The position numbers and the translations under genes were made by a program. This document shows, one piece after another, positions 8,721 through 18,442 of a stretch of 64,000 nucleotides of DNA. The notes under the pieces are model-generated. The model saw nothing but the letters and a program-made list of their open reading frames with translations. It ran no database searches and was not told the origin of the DNA. Position 1 is the stretch's first letter; every line of letters begins with the position of its first letter. The stretch is from Planctomycetales bacterium (GTDB taxonomy: Bacteria > 4484-113): NCBI GenBank assembly GCA_030606285.1, contig JAUWGS010000001.1:176696-240695 (forward strand), written 5' to 3'.

Positions 8721-9420
8721 GTTTCCTCGCCCTGAACATCAGCCAGGTAAACACGCCATAGACAATGGCTACCAGCAACGTGCCGATGAGCACTAGGATT
8801 GGCCAGGTCAGAAGCAGTGATACTGTGGATCCTTGATAACCCGCAAGTTGCAGAGCCATGAACTGGGGATAAATGTAGATGAAAAAGAAAACCAGTATGA
8901 TAAGCGTAGCCACGATACGCATCAAGTAGAAGGCTGGATGGTAGTAGTACGGATGCCCCCAGGGCCCCCACCACGGCCAGGGGAACCACCAGAACCACCA
9001 GTCGTTGGGTTTCCAGGGACCGTCCTTTCGCGGCACAACACCTTTGCCGTGCGCCAGGTTGGTTTTCCTCGCTTCAAGACGCTTCAGCGCATCCGATCTT
9101 CTCGTAGCCTCCTGTGCGGCTCTGGCGTGTTCCTCTGAAAGCGCCTCTACAGTGAAGCGCTCGTCGGTGGCTGGCACAACCGGTGTCTCATCGCCAATCT
9201 CTAGCCTGCTGAGCCGTTCGCTACCGGGATCCTTGACAGGCTCGTCATCCATGTCGTCGAAGGAATAAGAACGTGCGACCGGACGACCGCAGGAAGGACA
9301 GAAATGCTCGCGGGCGTCAAACAGCTCGTGACAGTAGACGCATCCCTGGAAGCGGATTCCGCAGAGCGGGCAGTAAAGCTCCGGTACCGCAAGCTCACCT
9401 TCACATCGCGGACAGCGCAT
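8713..9420 (-). CDS. double zinc-ribbon membrane protein, paralog C, with a Trp-rich juxtamembrane segment
   Basis: 235 aa. Ribbons CPRC…CPLC and CVYC…CPSC are followed by an acidic linker, the segment WKPNDWWFWWFPWPWWGPWGHPYYY, and two TM helices. Confidence 0.6.
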   Translation of the reverse strand: MRCPRCEGELAVPELYCPLCGIRFQGCVYCHELFDAREHFCPSCGRPVARSYSFDDMDDEPVKDPGSERLSRLEIGDETPVVPATDERFTVEALSEEHARAAQEATRRSDALKRLEARKTNLAHGKGVVPRKDGPWKPNDWWFWWFPWPWWGPWGHPYYYHPAFYLMRIVATLIILVFFFIYIYPQFMALQLAGYQGSTVSLLLTWPILVLIGTLLVAIVYGVFTWLMFRARKRE

Positions 9421-9479
9421 TCTACGTAGATTCTAGCATAGGAGCGCTCGGAACAGCGCCAGTGCTAAAATGAACACCA

Positions 9480-12284
9480 GTGTTGAGGATTGCGGTTATC
9501 GCGGGTGTTACAGAGGATTTAAGGCATGCCGTGCTGGCAGTTGACCCAGTCGCACGGAAGCTCGCAGTGGTCTCCTCGGAGCCTATTTCCGCAGGCGCAC
9601 TGCCGAAACTCGACACCGATTGTTACCTTCTCCATTCCCCCCTTAAGCCGGATGTTCTGGGCCTTCCTGGAAGCCAGTGCGCAACATCAGGCGAAGTGGC
9701 CTACTTGAGCGGTCAGAAAGCATCCTGCCGAAGCGTCATTGAGCTGAAGGAACGCGTGCTGAGCTGGGAGACTATTCTGCCGGAAGGACTTCCAGATGAA
9801 AGCGTGGGAGTTCTAGGGGCTCTGGTAACTCTCATTGAGCGGCTGGACGGCATGTCAGAGGGATTGCGGACCTCGTTGGCAATGATTGCTGACGAAGGGG
9901 GCTTTCCGCCTGAGCTGATCACGCTGCAGGCGGCTGAAATTCTGCCTGGAGAGAACCCGTACTTTCCTGAAGACATGCGCGTGGATTTGCCGCCTCGTAT
10001 GAAGACTAAGGACGAAACTGCGCTTGATATGCTTAAGCAATTGCCGCAGCCTGGCGAGGTTTTCTTGCGCTTGCGCCAGGGGGACTTCGCTGAGCAGGGA
10101 TACGAATATCGCGCTGAACAGGAGCAGTTCGCCGAGCGCGTGCGCAAGGCTCTTGCTGACGAGGTCAATCTGCTCATTGAGGCCGGCACCGGCGTGGGGA
10201 AATCGCTGGGGTATCTCATACCGGTGGTGCGGCATTCTCTTGCTTCGGGCGAGCCGGTTCTGATTTCAACGAACACCAAAATCCTCCAGGACCAGCTGCT
10301 GACCAGCGATTACCCCAAGCTCGTAGAGCTGCTTGGAGCGCCGCTCCCGCCTCCAGTTGTGCTCAAGGGCCGCGAGAACTACTTGTGCCTGGAGAAACTC
10401 CGCCTGAACGCCCTTACGTCGCGCTCAGACTTGCGTGACCTACTCAGCAGTGTTGGGGAATCGGGAAGTGTGCGCACAACTGCCTTGGCACTGATGGGTT
10501 TTGCACTGCATACAACGAGTTCTGTTACAGGTGACTTCGAGTACATCGCGATGCCTGAGGGTTTTGTGGCGGAGTCGGCGGTCAGACTGAAAAGACGGCT
10601 GAACTCAGCCTTCCGAGGGTGCTTGCGGGAACGATGCCCTTTGCTTGGCCAGTGTTACTTCTATTCGCAGCGCGATGCGGCAGAACGCTCGCCCGTGGTC
10701 ATAGTCAACCACGCGCTTCTATTTGCATTGGCTCATCCAGGCACAGATGCAGCGATGGATCCGCTTGCGTCCTTTGTGGACAGCAGCCCTTACTGGATAC
10801 TTGACGAAGGCCACAATCTGGAGGAAGTTCTGCTGGACGCGCTTGGGGCGACTGTAGCATCTGTCGAGCTAATCGAGTTTGTGAACGGATTGCAGCGGTT
10901 GATCTCAAACCGTACTTTGGTATCGCGCCTGGCATTTCCCGGGGATGAGGTCCCGTCAGAGCATCGCGAAAACTACACGAAGCTCAAGGAGATGCAGGCT
11001 ACAGCTCCCGGCGCTGCGGAAAGCGTATACGACAGCTTCACTGCTCTAAGTGAAATAGCGCAGCAGGCCTTTGACGAGTTTCGGGATGAGCGCGCGCGTG
11101 ATGTGCTGCGGCTGGATCTTACCGAGCCACAGAAGGAGGAAGTAGTTGAGCTGCGTGACAGGCTTCTGGAGGAGGTTGCGATTCTCTATGATCGCTTGCT
11201 CGATTTAAACGATGCTATCACTCATTTGGCGGAGCAGACAGGCGGCGACACGGAGGGTTTTTTCTATCTTGACGACAACAGGTATCAGATGCAGCTCCGC
11301 GAGGCGGGGAACCTTTTCGAGCAGCTAAAGCAGGCGTGCGGGAAGCTCCTGTCGGAAGACGAAACCTGGGTCAGGTGGATTGAAGCGTTCGCTGCCGGTC
11401 GCAGGCGCGATGTCTTCTGGCAGCTTGCAGCCTGTCCTGTGGTTGTGGGCGATTACTTCACTGACCTCCTGGAGAACCGGAAATCAACGGTGATAGTATC
11501 CGGAACGCTCGCTATTGGTGGGCGGTTCGACTACGTGAAGCGGATCCTGGGGCTGAACAGTCTTCCGCAAGAGAATCTTGAAGAGAGCATACTGGCCTCT
11601 CCATTTGACTACCCGCGGCGCTCTCTTGTGCTTGTGCCAAGCGATGTGCCAGAGCCGGACTTCAGAGACCAGAAAGCCCACAACAGGTACCTTGAAGCGC
11701 TGGCAGAGATTGTGAACGAAGCGGTGCACGTGTTTGATGGTGCGACTCTGGTTCTCTTCAACTCGTATAGCGACCTGTTGGCTGTTGTGGGAATGAGCGA
11801 AGAGCTGGAGAAGGAGGGCTTCACTCTTCTAGTGCAGGAACGCGGAGTGTCTCGTTTACAGCTTGCTAGCGAATTCAGGAAAGAAGACAAGGCAATTCTC
11901 TTCGGAACCCGCAGTTTCTGGGAGGGTTTCGACATACGCGGAGAAGACCTGCAGTGTGTGATTATCAGTCGCTTTCCCTTTCCCAATCTGCACGACCCGC
12001 TAACCGCAGGAAAGGTACGCTACATTGATCGCAACGGAGGGAATTCCTTCAAAGACTACATGCTGCCGTCTGCGATAATGAAGTTCACGCAGGGCTTTGG
12101 AAGGCTGATCCGAAGCACCGAGGATTATGGTTGCGTGTTACTGCTCGACCGCCGCGCGCTTACCAAGAACTACGGAACCCAGTTTTTGCGCAACTTGCCT
12201 GGGCCTGCGATGAAGAAGCTGCCAAAGCAGAGACTCGGCGAGCAGATGCGTAGCTTTCTGTCCACTGTGAGGGAGGCCCGTTAG
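9480..12284 (+). CDS. XPD/DinG/Rad3-family Fe-S DNA helicase with an ~190-aa N-terminal extension of unknown function
   Basis: 934 aa. The Walker A sits in a DEAD_2 context (LIEAGTGVGKSLGYLIP). A 4-Cys Fe-S domain is present (LCLEK…GCLRERCPLLGQCYF). C-terminal helicase motifs are present (…VSGTLAIGG…, …FGTRSFWEGFD…, …QGFGRLIR…). The first ~190 aa match nothing I recognise, so the start codon is uncertain. Confidence 0.8.
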   Translation: MLRIAVIAGVTEDLRHAVLAVDPVARKLAVVSSEPISAGALPKLDTDCYLLHSPLKPDVLGLPGSQCATSGEVAYLSGQKASCRSVIELKERVLSWETILPEGLPDESVGVLGALVTLIERLDGMSEGLRTSLAMIADEGGFPPELITLQAAEILPGENPYFPEDMRVDLPPRMKTKDETALDMLKQLPQPGEVFLRLRQGDFAEQGYEYRAEQEQFAERVRKALADEVNLLIEAGTGVGKSLGYLIPVVRHSLASGEPVLISTNTKILQDQLLTSDYPKLVELLGAPLPPPVVLKGRENYLCLEKLRLNALTSRSDLRDLLSSVGESGSVRTTALALMGFALHTTSSVTGDFEYIAMPEGFVAESAVRLKRRLNSAFRGCLRERCPLLGQCYFYSQRDAAERSPVVIVNHALLFALAHPGTDAAMDPLASFVDSSPYWILDEGHNLEEVLLDALGATVASVELIEFVNGLQRLISNRTLVSRLAFPGDEVPSEHRENYTKLKEMQATAPGAAESVYDSFTALSEIAQQAFDEFRDERARDVLRLDLTEPQKEEVVELRDRLLEEVAILYDRLLDLNDAITHLAEQTGGDTEGFFYLDDNRYQMQLREAGNLFEQLKQACGKLLSEDETWVRWIEAFAAGRRRDVFWQLAACPVVVGDYFTDLLENRKSTVIVSGTLAIGGRFDYVKRILGLNSLPQENLEESILASPFDYPRRSLVLVPSDVPEPDFRDQKAHNRYLEALAEIVNEAVHVFDGATLVLFNSYSDLLAVVGMSEELEKEGFTLLVQERGVSRLQLASEFRKEDKAILFGTRSFWEGFDIRGEDLQCVIISRFPFPNLHDPLTAGKVRYIDRNGGNSFKDYMLPSAIMKFTQGFGRLIRSTEDYGCVLLLDRRALTKNYGTQFLRNLPGPAMKKLPKQRLGEQMRSFLSTVREAR

Positions 12285-13375
12285 TGCGTGTGAGAGTGGT
12301 AGGAGCCGGGCCCGTTGGCATGGCGCTCGTGGCTGCCCTGAAGCGCGGTGGCGAGACCGAACTCAGATGGTACGTGCGCAACGAGGCCATCCGCACACGG
12401 CTTCTTGAGGAAGGACTGCGGGTGAGCTTTCAGGCTTCTGATGCTGAGTTTGACTTGCGAGCATTCGTGCCTGATGATCCGGACAACATTTCAGTGGAAG
12501 AACTTAGCGCCGCCGGCAAACCCGAAACAGCCCTGCAACAGCTGGAAGAGTCAGAACCCGACTTCACCTTGAGTTTCAAAGAAGAGGAGATAGTCTCTGA
12601 TGTAGAAACCTTTGTTAAGGCTCAGTCGGATGTGAGTTTCTCCTGCACCAAGGCGGATTCGCTGTTTTCAGTGCGCTCGCAGATCGCATCCCGCCTGAAA
12701 GGACTCTGCTTTTTTGTGGTAAACGGATTCTGGCTGCATCCGGGGCTTGATCTCGGAGTGATGTTCGGTGGCGGCTTCAGTCAGGGCGCACGGGTCTCGC
12801 TCATCCCCAGGGGAAGGTTGGTTCTTGGGCGCGTGAAATCCCCGCATGCGGACTTCCTGACTGTTGAGCCGGAAGATGGCGCGGGGACTCTAATCTATCG
12901 CCTGGAAGAACTTGAGATGCTGGAAAGCTTGGCAGGCCTAACGAACGGTGACGTTCTGCGTATCGAAACACAACCAGATATTTACCCTACAATGCTGCGC
13001 AAGGCCGCTTTGAACTGCCTGGTAAATCCTCTTGCAGCGATTTCGGGGCATCCCAACGGGGCACTGCTCATGGATGAAGTGCGATCCGTAGTTGGCAAGC
13101 TGGCAAGAGAAATCGTTGATGTCCTGGTGGCAGCGAGCTTTGTGCAAAAGGGCGATGAGAGTCTCAGTGTTGAAGCGCTCATTGGCGACTTCGACCGCAT
13201 ATGTCGCGACACAGCGGGCAACTTCGGGTCGCAGTTGATTGACCGCCTAAGGGGTCGTAGAAGCGAAACCAAGCATCTAAACGGGATGCTCCTTGGCATC
13301 GCACAGCGCTATGGCATCCCGATGCCTGTCAACGCGACGATTTGCGCGCTACTGCAGATTTCAATGGAGGAGTAG
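12284..13375 (+). CDS. 2-dehydropantoate 2-reductase (ApbA/PanE) family protein with an acidic insertion
   Basis: 363 aa. The N-terminal Rossmann motif VRVVGAGPVGMALVAAL is present. The C-terminal PanE-like motifs are present (LNCLVNPLAAI; S.L.D…GRR.E…LNG). An extra ~60-aa Glu/Asp-rich insert follows the Rossmann fold. Confidence 0.55.
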   Translation: MRVRVVGAGPVGMALVAALKRGGETELRWYVRNEAIRTRLLEEGLRVSFQASDAEFDLRAFVPDDPDNISVEELSAAGKPETALQQLEESEPDFTLSFKEEEIVSDVETFVKAQSDVSFSCTKADSLFSVRSQIASRLKGLCFFVVNGFWLHPGLDLGVMFGGGFSQGARVSLIPRGRLVLGRVKSPHADFLTVEPEDGAGTLIYRLEELEMLESLAGLTNGDVLRIETQPDIYPTMLRKAALNCLVNPLAAISGHPNGALLMDEVRSVVGKLAREIVDVLVAASFVQKGDESLSVEALIGDFDRICRDTAGNFGSQLIDRLRGRRSETKHLNGMLLGIAQRYGIPMPVNATICALLQISMEE

Positions 13376-13434
13376 GCTAATCGTCGAGTGGCGATGCTAT
13401 AATCGCCGGGCAATCACTTAGGGGGCCTTATACA

Positions 13435-16400
13435 ATGCGATGTATTCTCCTTTCGCTTGCAGCTTTTTTTTCAATTATGTTCATCGTAGTGTTTCCCGCA
13501 AGCGCTGCCGAAGAAGTCTGTGGAATGCTCTACCCGTGGATATCCCCGGATGGTAACCGGATTGCGTTTTCCTATCAGGGGGACATCTGGGTTGTGCCTT
13601 CCACTGGCGGACAGGCCAGGCGGCTGACGGTCAGCGTAGCGTTCGACCGGAGTCCCCGCTGGTCTCCCGACGGCTCTAAACTGGCGTTTTGCAGCAATCG
13701 CGACGGCAATTACGACATCTACGTGATTCCCTCCACCGGCGGCGATGCGAAAAGACTGACCTACAGTGACGCAAACGACTATCCGGGTGATTGGTCGTCG
13801 GACGGCCGGAAGGTGCTGTTCACAACCTACAGGTACTTCCCCGGCAGCCAGATGATGGAGATTGACGTCGAAACGCTTGAGGAGTGGTTGATTCTGTGGG
13901 ACAACACGTCGCTGCGCTATCCTCGGTACAGCCCTGATGGCACGCAGATTGCGTTTGGGCGCGGGCCAAGCTCATACTCTCGGCTTGGCTATCGTGGCGC
14001 AGGGAACTCCCAGATATGGGTGATGGACACTGACGAGAATGGTGGCAGGCGGCTGGACGATTGGGATGGCGGTCAGTTCTGGGCGCAGTGGTCTGCAGAT
14101 GGGAGTTCTGTCTATTACGCTACCGACCGAAACGGTCGCAGAAGCATGTACGCGATTGACGCTAACGGTGGCAAGCCACGTGAGGTTCTCAAGATCACAG
14201 GGAAAGACATCTTCTATCCGAGCATTGCTCGTGATGGCACAGCGGCAATCTGGGCTGACGGAAGTATGTATGTGGGCAAGGTCAGTCCTCAAGGTCTGAT
14301 TCGCGAACCGAAGCGTGTAAGCACCTCCATTGGTGGTGATAGCAAGTTTCAGTACGTAACGCGTGAAGTCTTCAGCACTGCCGATGAGGTTGTCGCCTCA
14401 CCAGACGGCGAATGGCTAGCGCTGGTCATCCGGGGGGACATCTACATCCAGCCGGTTTCGCGCACTCCTGAAGAGGAAGTGGATGCGCCACATGGTGGGG
14501 AGGCGGTGAACTTCACGAACACGCCCGGTCGTGAGTGGATGGTCCAGTGGCACCCGGAGGGCGACAAGCTCGTCTTCGTATCAGACAGGGACGGCGACCA
14601 GAACATCTATGAACTGCACCTCAATACGCGCGAATGGAAGCGCCTGACGGACACGCACGAAGTGGACATCAATCCGCGGTTGTCGCCTGACGGCACAAAG
14701 GTTGCCTTCTACCGCGGCGAGGGCGATCTAATAGTGCTAGACCTGGAGACGAAGCGTGAACGGCGAATTGCGCACGGTGTCACCCGTCGTGGCGTTTGGT
14801 ATACGTCGCTGGAGTGGTCGCCGGACGGCGAATGGCTGGCTTACACGCAGATCACGCCCGCGTACGACCGCGATGTATGGTTGGTCAGGCCGGATGGCAG
14901 CGAGGAGCCTCATAACATCACGCAGTACCCCGCTACCAATTGGGGACCGATGTGGACCGGCGACTGTAAGAACATCGTGTTCGTGAGCTACCGCGAGGGT
15001 GAATACTCACGGGTATACGTCCTTCCGCTTAAGCCGCCCGAAATCCTGTTCACAGACGAAATGGAGTTTGGGCAGCCTGAATCGGAGGACGAAGTTGAAG
15101 ATGAAGATGAAGGAGATGAGGATGAGGATACAGGCGATGAAGCACCACCAGAGGAGGAAGAGGAGGAGCGACTGGTCGAGATCGATTTCCGGAACATCGA
15201 ACACCGGGCACGTGTCATCAGCGAAGCTCTGGCCGTTATAAACAACATCGCCGTATCGCCTGACGGCAAGACCTGCATTTACCAAGCATCCACTACTGCG
15301 AGTGACTTCAAGCTGTGGGCGGTGGATCTTCTCACGGGGGAGAGCAACTATGTTGCGGTCTCTGCTCCGCTCAACTGGCTGACCTGGACTTCAGACGCAG
15401 GCCCGTACGGCGTTTACGAAGGCGGTCATGTAGTCGAAATTGAGATGAACGGCTCAAAGGTACAGGGAGTGTCTGGCGTTGCGGTGACCGCAAGAACCCT
15501 TCTGGACCGTCCGGCAGAACTCCTCGCGATGTACGATGAGGCGTACCGCAATCTGAAGTACGGCTTCTATGATCCGAAACTCCACGGGCGGGATATGGAT
15601 GCTGCATATCGCAAGTATCGCCGCATGATTGAGCATGCGGTTACTCACGAGGAGTTCGACATATTCACGACTTTCCTGTTGGGTGAGCTTAACGCAAGCC
15701 ACCTTGGCATCTGGGGAGACACCAGTTTCGAGGGCATAGGCGCGAGCGTAGGGATGCTCGGTGTCCACTTCAATCCGCATTACACTGCGCGCGGGTTGGA
15801 AGTTGCGCGGATTCTGGAAATGGGGCCCAGCGACCGAGATGAAAGCCGCCTGTCCGTTGGAGATGTGATTCTGGAAGTGAACGGCAAGCCCGCAGGCTTC
15901 AGCGAGGACTTCTTCGGCGCTCTTGACGGGACTATCGGCAGGACCGTGCATCTGGAAGTACAGCATGCAGATGGCTCGGTGGAGGACGTTCGAACTCGGC
16001 CAATCTCACGCACGGCACAGAGGAAGCTGGAGTATGAGCAGTGGGTGCGAAACAACCGAAAGTACGTTGAGGAGATTTCAGATGGGCGTGTCACATACCT
16101 GCATATCCAGCGGATGTATGATGACTGTCTCTATCGTTTTGAGCGTGACCTCTTCGGCTACGGAATGGATTACGACGCGGTCATAATTGACGTACGGTAT
16201 AACGGCGGTGGGTATATCGCTGAGCAGCTCTTTGAGATTCTCGGACGAAGTCCTAGCGGAATGATGCAGCGACGTACTGGGCCCAGGCACGTTACTCCGG
16301 CAAAGATGTACCGTGGCGTGAAAGTGTGCGTAATCAACCAGCACAGCTTCTCCAACGCCGAGATGTTCGCCTACGGGTTCAAAGTGCTCGGCTTCGGGAA

Positions 16401-16635
16401 AGTTGTAGGGATGCCCACAAACGGTGGGGTCATTGGCACGCGCAGCTACCAGTTGCTCGATGGGACGACATTCCGCATCCCGTTGACCGGTCGATACAGG
16501 CTGGATGGCACGAACATGGAGAACAACCCGGTTGAGCCGGATGTCTGGGTAGAGGCACCGCTAGGTGTGATTTCGGCAGAGGACGACCCTCAGCTCCGGA
16601 GAGCTGTCGAGGTCGCCCTGGATGACCTGCGTTAG
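13435..16635 (+). CDS. tricorn protease homologue (TolB-like beta-propeller + PDZ + S41 peptidase), predicted secreted or membrane-anchored
   Basis: 1066 aa. It has an N-terminal signal/anchor (LLSLAAFFSIMFIVVFPASAA), repeated SPDG…IAF/LAF propeller blades, a PDZ-like segment, and a C-terminal S41 (tail-specific protease) core. A poly-acidic linker is encoded at 15079-15168. Confidence 0.8.
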   Translation: MRCILLSLAAFFSIMFIVVFPASAAEEVCGMLYPWISPDGNRIAFSYQGDIWVVPSTGGQARRLTVSVAFDRSPRWSPDGSKLAFCSNRDGNYDIYVIPSTGGDAKRLTYSDANDYPGDWSSDGRKVLFTTYRYFPGSQMMEIDVETLEEWLILWDNTSLRYPRYSPDGTQIAFGRGPSSYSRLGYRGAGNSQIWVMDTDENGGRRLDDWDGGQFWAQWSADGSSVYYATDRNGRRSMYAIDANGGKPREVLKITGKDIFYPSIARDGTAAIWADGSMYVGKVSPQGLIREPKRVSTSIGGDSKFQYVTREVFSTADEVVASPDGEWLALVIRGDIYIQPVSRTPEEEVDAPHGGEAVNFTNTPGREWMVQWHPEGDKLVFVSDRDGDQNIYELHLNTREWKRLTDTHEVDINPRLSPDGTKVAFYRGEGDLIVLDLETKRERRIAHGVTRRGVWYTSLEWSPDGEWLAYTQITPAYDRDVWLVRPDGSEEPHNITQYPATNWGPMWTGDCKNIVFVSYREGEYSRVYVLPLKPPEILFTDEMEFGQPESEDEVEDEDEGDEDEDTGDEAPPEEEEEERLVEIDFRNIEHRARVISEALAVINNIAVSPDGKTCIYQASTTASDFKLWAVDLLTGESNYVAVSAPLNWLTWTSDAGPYGVYEGGHVVEIEMNGSKVQGVSGVAVTARTLLDRPAELLAMYDEAYRNLKYGFYDPKLHGRDMDAAYRKYRRMIEHAVTHEEFDIFTTFLLGELNASHLGIWGDTSFEGIGASVGMLGVHFNPHYTARGLEVARILEMGPSDRDESRLSVGDVILEVNGKPAGFSEDFFGALDGTIGRTVHLEVQHADGSVEDVRTRPISRTAQRKLEYEQWVRNNRKYVEEISDGRVTYLHIQRMYDDCLYRFERDLFGYGMDYDAVIIDVRYNGGGYIAEQLFEILGRSPSGMMQRRTGPRHVTPAKMYRGVKVCVINQHSFSNAEMFAYGFKVLGFGKVVGMPTNGGVIGTRSYQLLDGTTFRIPLTGRYRLDGTNMENNPVEPDVWVEAPLGVISAEDDPQLRRAVEVALDDLR

Positions 16636-16642
16636 GGTCTGA

Positions 16643-17425
16643 TTACTTGCCGGTGAAGTTGGCCTTGCGCTTCTCCATGAAGGCTTTGGTACCTTCCTTC
16701 ATGTCGCCTGTGGCGCAGAGTTCACCGAAGAGCTTCGCCTCGTGAGCCTTCGCGTCATCAAGCGGCATGTCGAGCCCCTCGTTTACCAGGCGGATGCACA
16801 TAGCCACGGCGGCAGGCCCCTTGGACATTATGCCACGGGCCAGTTCCTCAGCTTTGGTCAGCAGCTCGTCATCTGGATACACGTGGTTGACCAGCCCTAT
16901 AGCCTGGGCTTCGTTTGCCCGAACCATGTTGCCGCTCATTATCATCTCCAACGCCCGTCCCTTTCCGATGAGTCGGGGAAGACGCTGCGTGCCGCCATAG
17001 CCCGGTGTGATTCCCAGTCCCACCTCCGGCTGGCCAAAGCGAGCATTCTCGTTGGCTAGGCGGATATGGCAGGCCATCGCCAGTTCGCAGCCGCCGCCCA
17101 AAGCGAATCCGTTCACTGCTGCGATGACAGGTTTGGGCAGCTTCTCGATGAGCGTGAAGATGTCATGGCCTTCCTGCGCGAAATGCGCGCCCGAGCTCTG
17201 GTCTAGCGTGTGAATCTCAGTGATGTCCGCTCCCGCAACGAAGGCCTTCTCGCCGGCTCCAGTGACAATGACGGCCTTAATCTCGTCATTGTCCCGGATG
17301 TGCTCGAATGCAGCCTTGATCTCCCGCATCACTTCGTTGTTCAGGGCGTTGAGCTTGTCCGGGCGGTTGATAGTCAGAACCGCCAGCCCATCCTTCACTT
17401 CCAGCACGAGATTGTTGAACTCCAT
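16643..17425 (-). CDS. enoyl-CoA hydratase/isomerase (crotonase) family protein
   Basis: 260 aa. The architecture and motifs match crotonases (LTINRPDKLNALN…; …GGGCELAMACH…). Confidence 0.85.
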   Translation of the reverse strand: MEFNNLVLEVKDGLAVLTINRPDKLNALNNEVMREIKAAFEHIRDNDEIKAVIVTGAGEKAFVAGADITEIHTLDQSSGAHFAQEGHDIFTLIEKLPKPVIAAVNGFALGGGCELAMACHIRLANENARFGQPEVGLGITPGYGGTQRLPRLIGKGRALEMIMSGNMVRANEAQAIGLVNHVYPDDELLTKAEELARGIMSKGPAAVAMCIRLVNEGLDMPLDDAKAHEAKLFGELCATGDMKEGTKAFMEKRKANFTGK

Positions 17426-17501
17426 AGTTTCCCCTCCTAAGACCTAATGACAGCTACCAGTATGAATGCACCGACCCCTCCGGTCTGGTGAGCCTTAGCC
17501 G

Positions 17502-18407
17502 CTAATCGTCTTTAGCGGTGGGCTCAGAATCAGCCGGTGTTTCTTCGTCGTCACCCGCTTCCCTCGGGGTCGTATCGGTGAGCATCTCGACGGCGATTTC
17601 CTCAGGCTCCGCCTCTTCTCGGGACTCTTGTGCGCGTGTGAACTTTGTGTAGTCCCAGTGTGCGAGAATGTCAGCAACTTGCTGGTCAGAAAGACGCTCT
17701 ACAGAGAAGAAGGGCATGGGCGGGTAGTTGTCTCCCAGCTCTCCTTGTGCATCCTCCGGAACCTTCATATCACGGATCTTGGCAAGAACCAGAGAAGCGT
17801 CCGCTTTGAAGCTGAGTTCCGGAAGGACCCCTTTGTTACGATGACACAGCACACAGGACGCCGAGAACAGTTTCTCCCCTCTGCGGGGGTCGCCATCCAT
17901 CCCTGGAGCCCTGGAAGTACGCGTAATGGTCACTGGAGGCGCGGTGTCATCTGGCGAAATCGAATGAAGATATGCCAGCAAGGCCTGCATTCTCTCATCG
18001 GAGAGCTTCAAGGCGTCTGTTTGCAGGAAAGCTACGACGCACGTGTTTATGCCCCGGGCCAGCGAGATGTCTCCATTGCCGGAATACGCTCCGTTATAGT
18101 AAGAAGGCCTCACGGCGCTGTTCCACAGTGAACTGCCAGGGCGCCAGTATCCGTCATCGAGCTTGCCCTCATCAAAATTCGCGTGGCAATAGATGCAGGC
18201 GTAGTTGCTCTTTCCCCAGGCGCGGTAGTAGTAACCCTTTCCTGCGAGGGCGAGTTCAGCTTCATCCGCAAGGCCCGTGCCATTTCCGGCCTGGCTCGAC
18301 AGCGCCATGAAAGCGGCCAGGACCAGGATGACACCAAGCACGCAAAAAGCCACAGTTATCCGTTGTGCCAGCCCTTCCTCCCGAGGCGCCCTTTGCGCCC
18401 CCACCAT
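17502..18407 (-). CDS. membrane-anchored dihaem c-type cytochrome
   Basis: 301 aa. It has an N-terminal TM anchor, two CxxCH haem-binding motifs (CIYCH, CVLCH) and an acidic C-terminal tail. Confidence 0.7.
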   Translation of the reverse strand: MVGAQRAPREEGLAQRITVAFCVLGVILVLAAFMALSSQAGNGTGLADEAELALAGKGYYYRAWGKSNYACIYCHANFDEGKLDDGYWRPGSSLWNSAVRPSYYNGAYSGNGDISLARGINTCVVAFLQTDALKLSDERMQALLAYLHSISPDDTAPPVTITRTSRAPGMDGDPRRGEKLFSASCVLCHRNKGVLPELSFKADASLVLAKIRDMKVPEDAQGELGDNYPPMPFFSVERLSDQQVADILAHWDYTKFTRAQESREEAEPEEIAVEMLTDTTPREAGDDEETPADSEPTAKDD

Positions 18408-18442
18408 TGTAGCGGAAATCCGGGTGTGAGAGAACCTTCCGT

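Noticed and set aside
9480-12284. DinG-like helicase considered as part of a defence island (type IV CRISPR-Cas CasDinG or other helicase-containing systems)
   Set aside because: No cas, nuclease, methyltransferase or other defence-associated genes are adjacent. The neighbours are zinc-ribbon membrane proteins, a PanE-like reductase and a protease. It is treated as a DNA-repair-type helicase with an unexplained N-terminus.
15079-15168. Poly-acidic GAA/GAG/GAT-rich DNA stretch considered as a simple-sequence repeat or frameshift-prone pseudogene site
   Set aside because: The reading frame is intact through the tricorn-protease gene. It is a low-complexity coding linker, not a disrupted gene.
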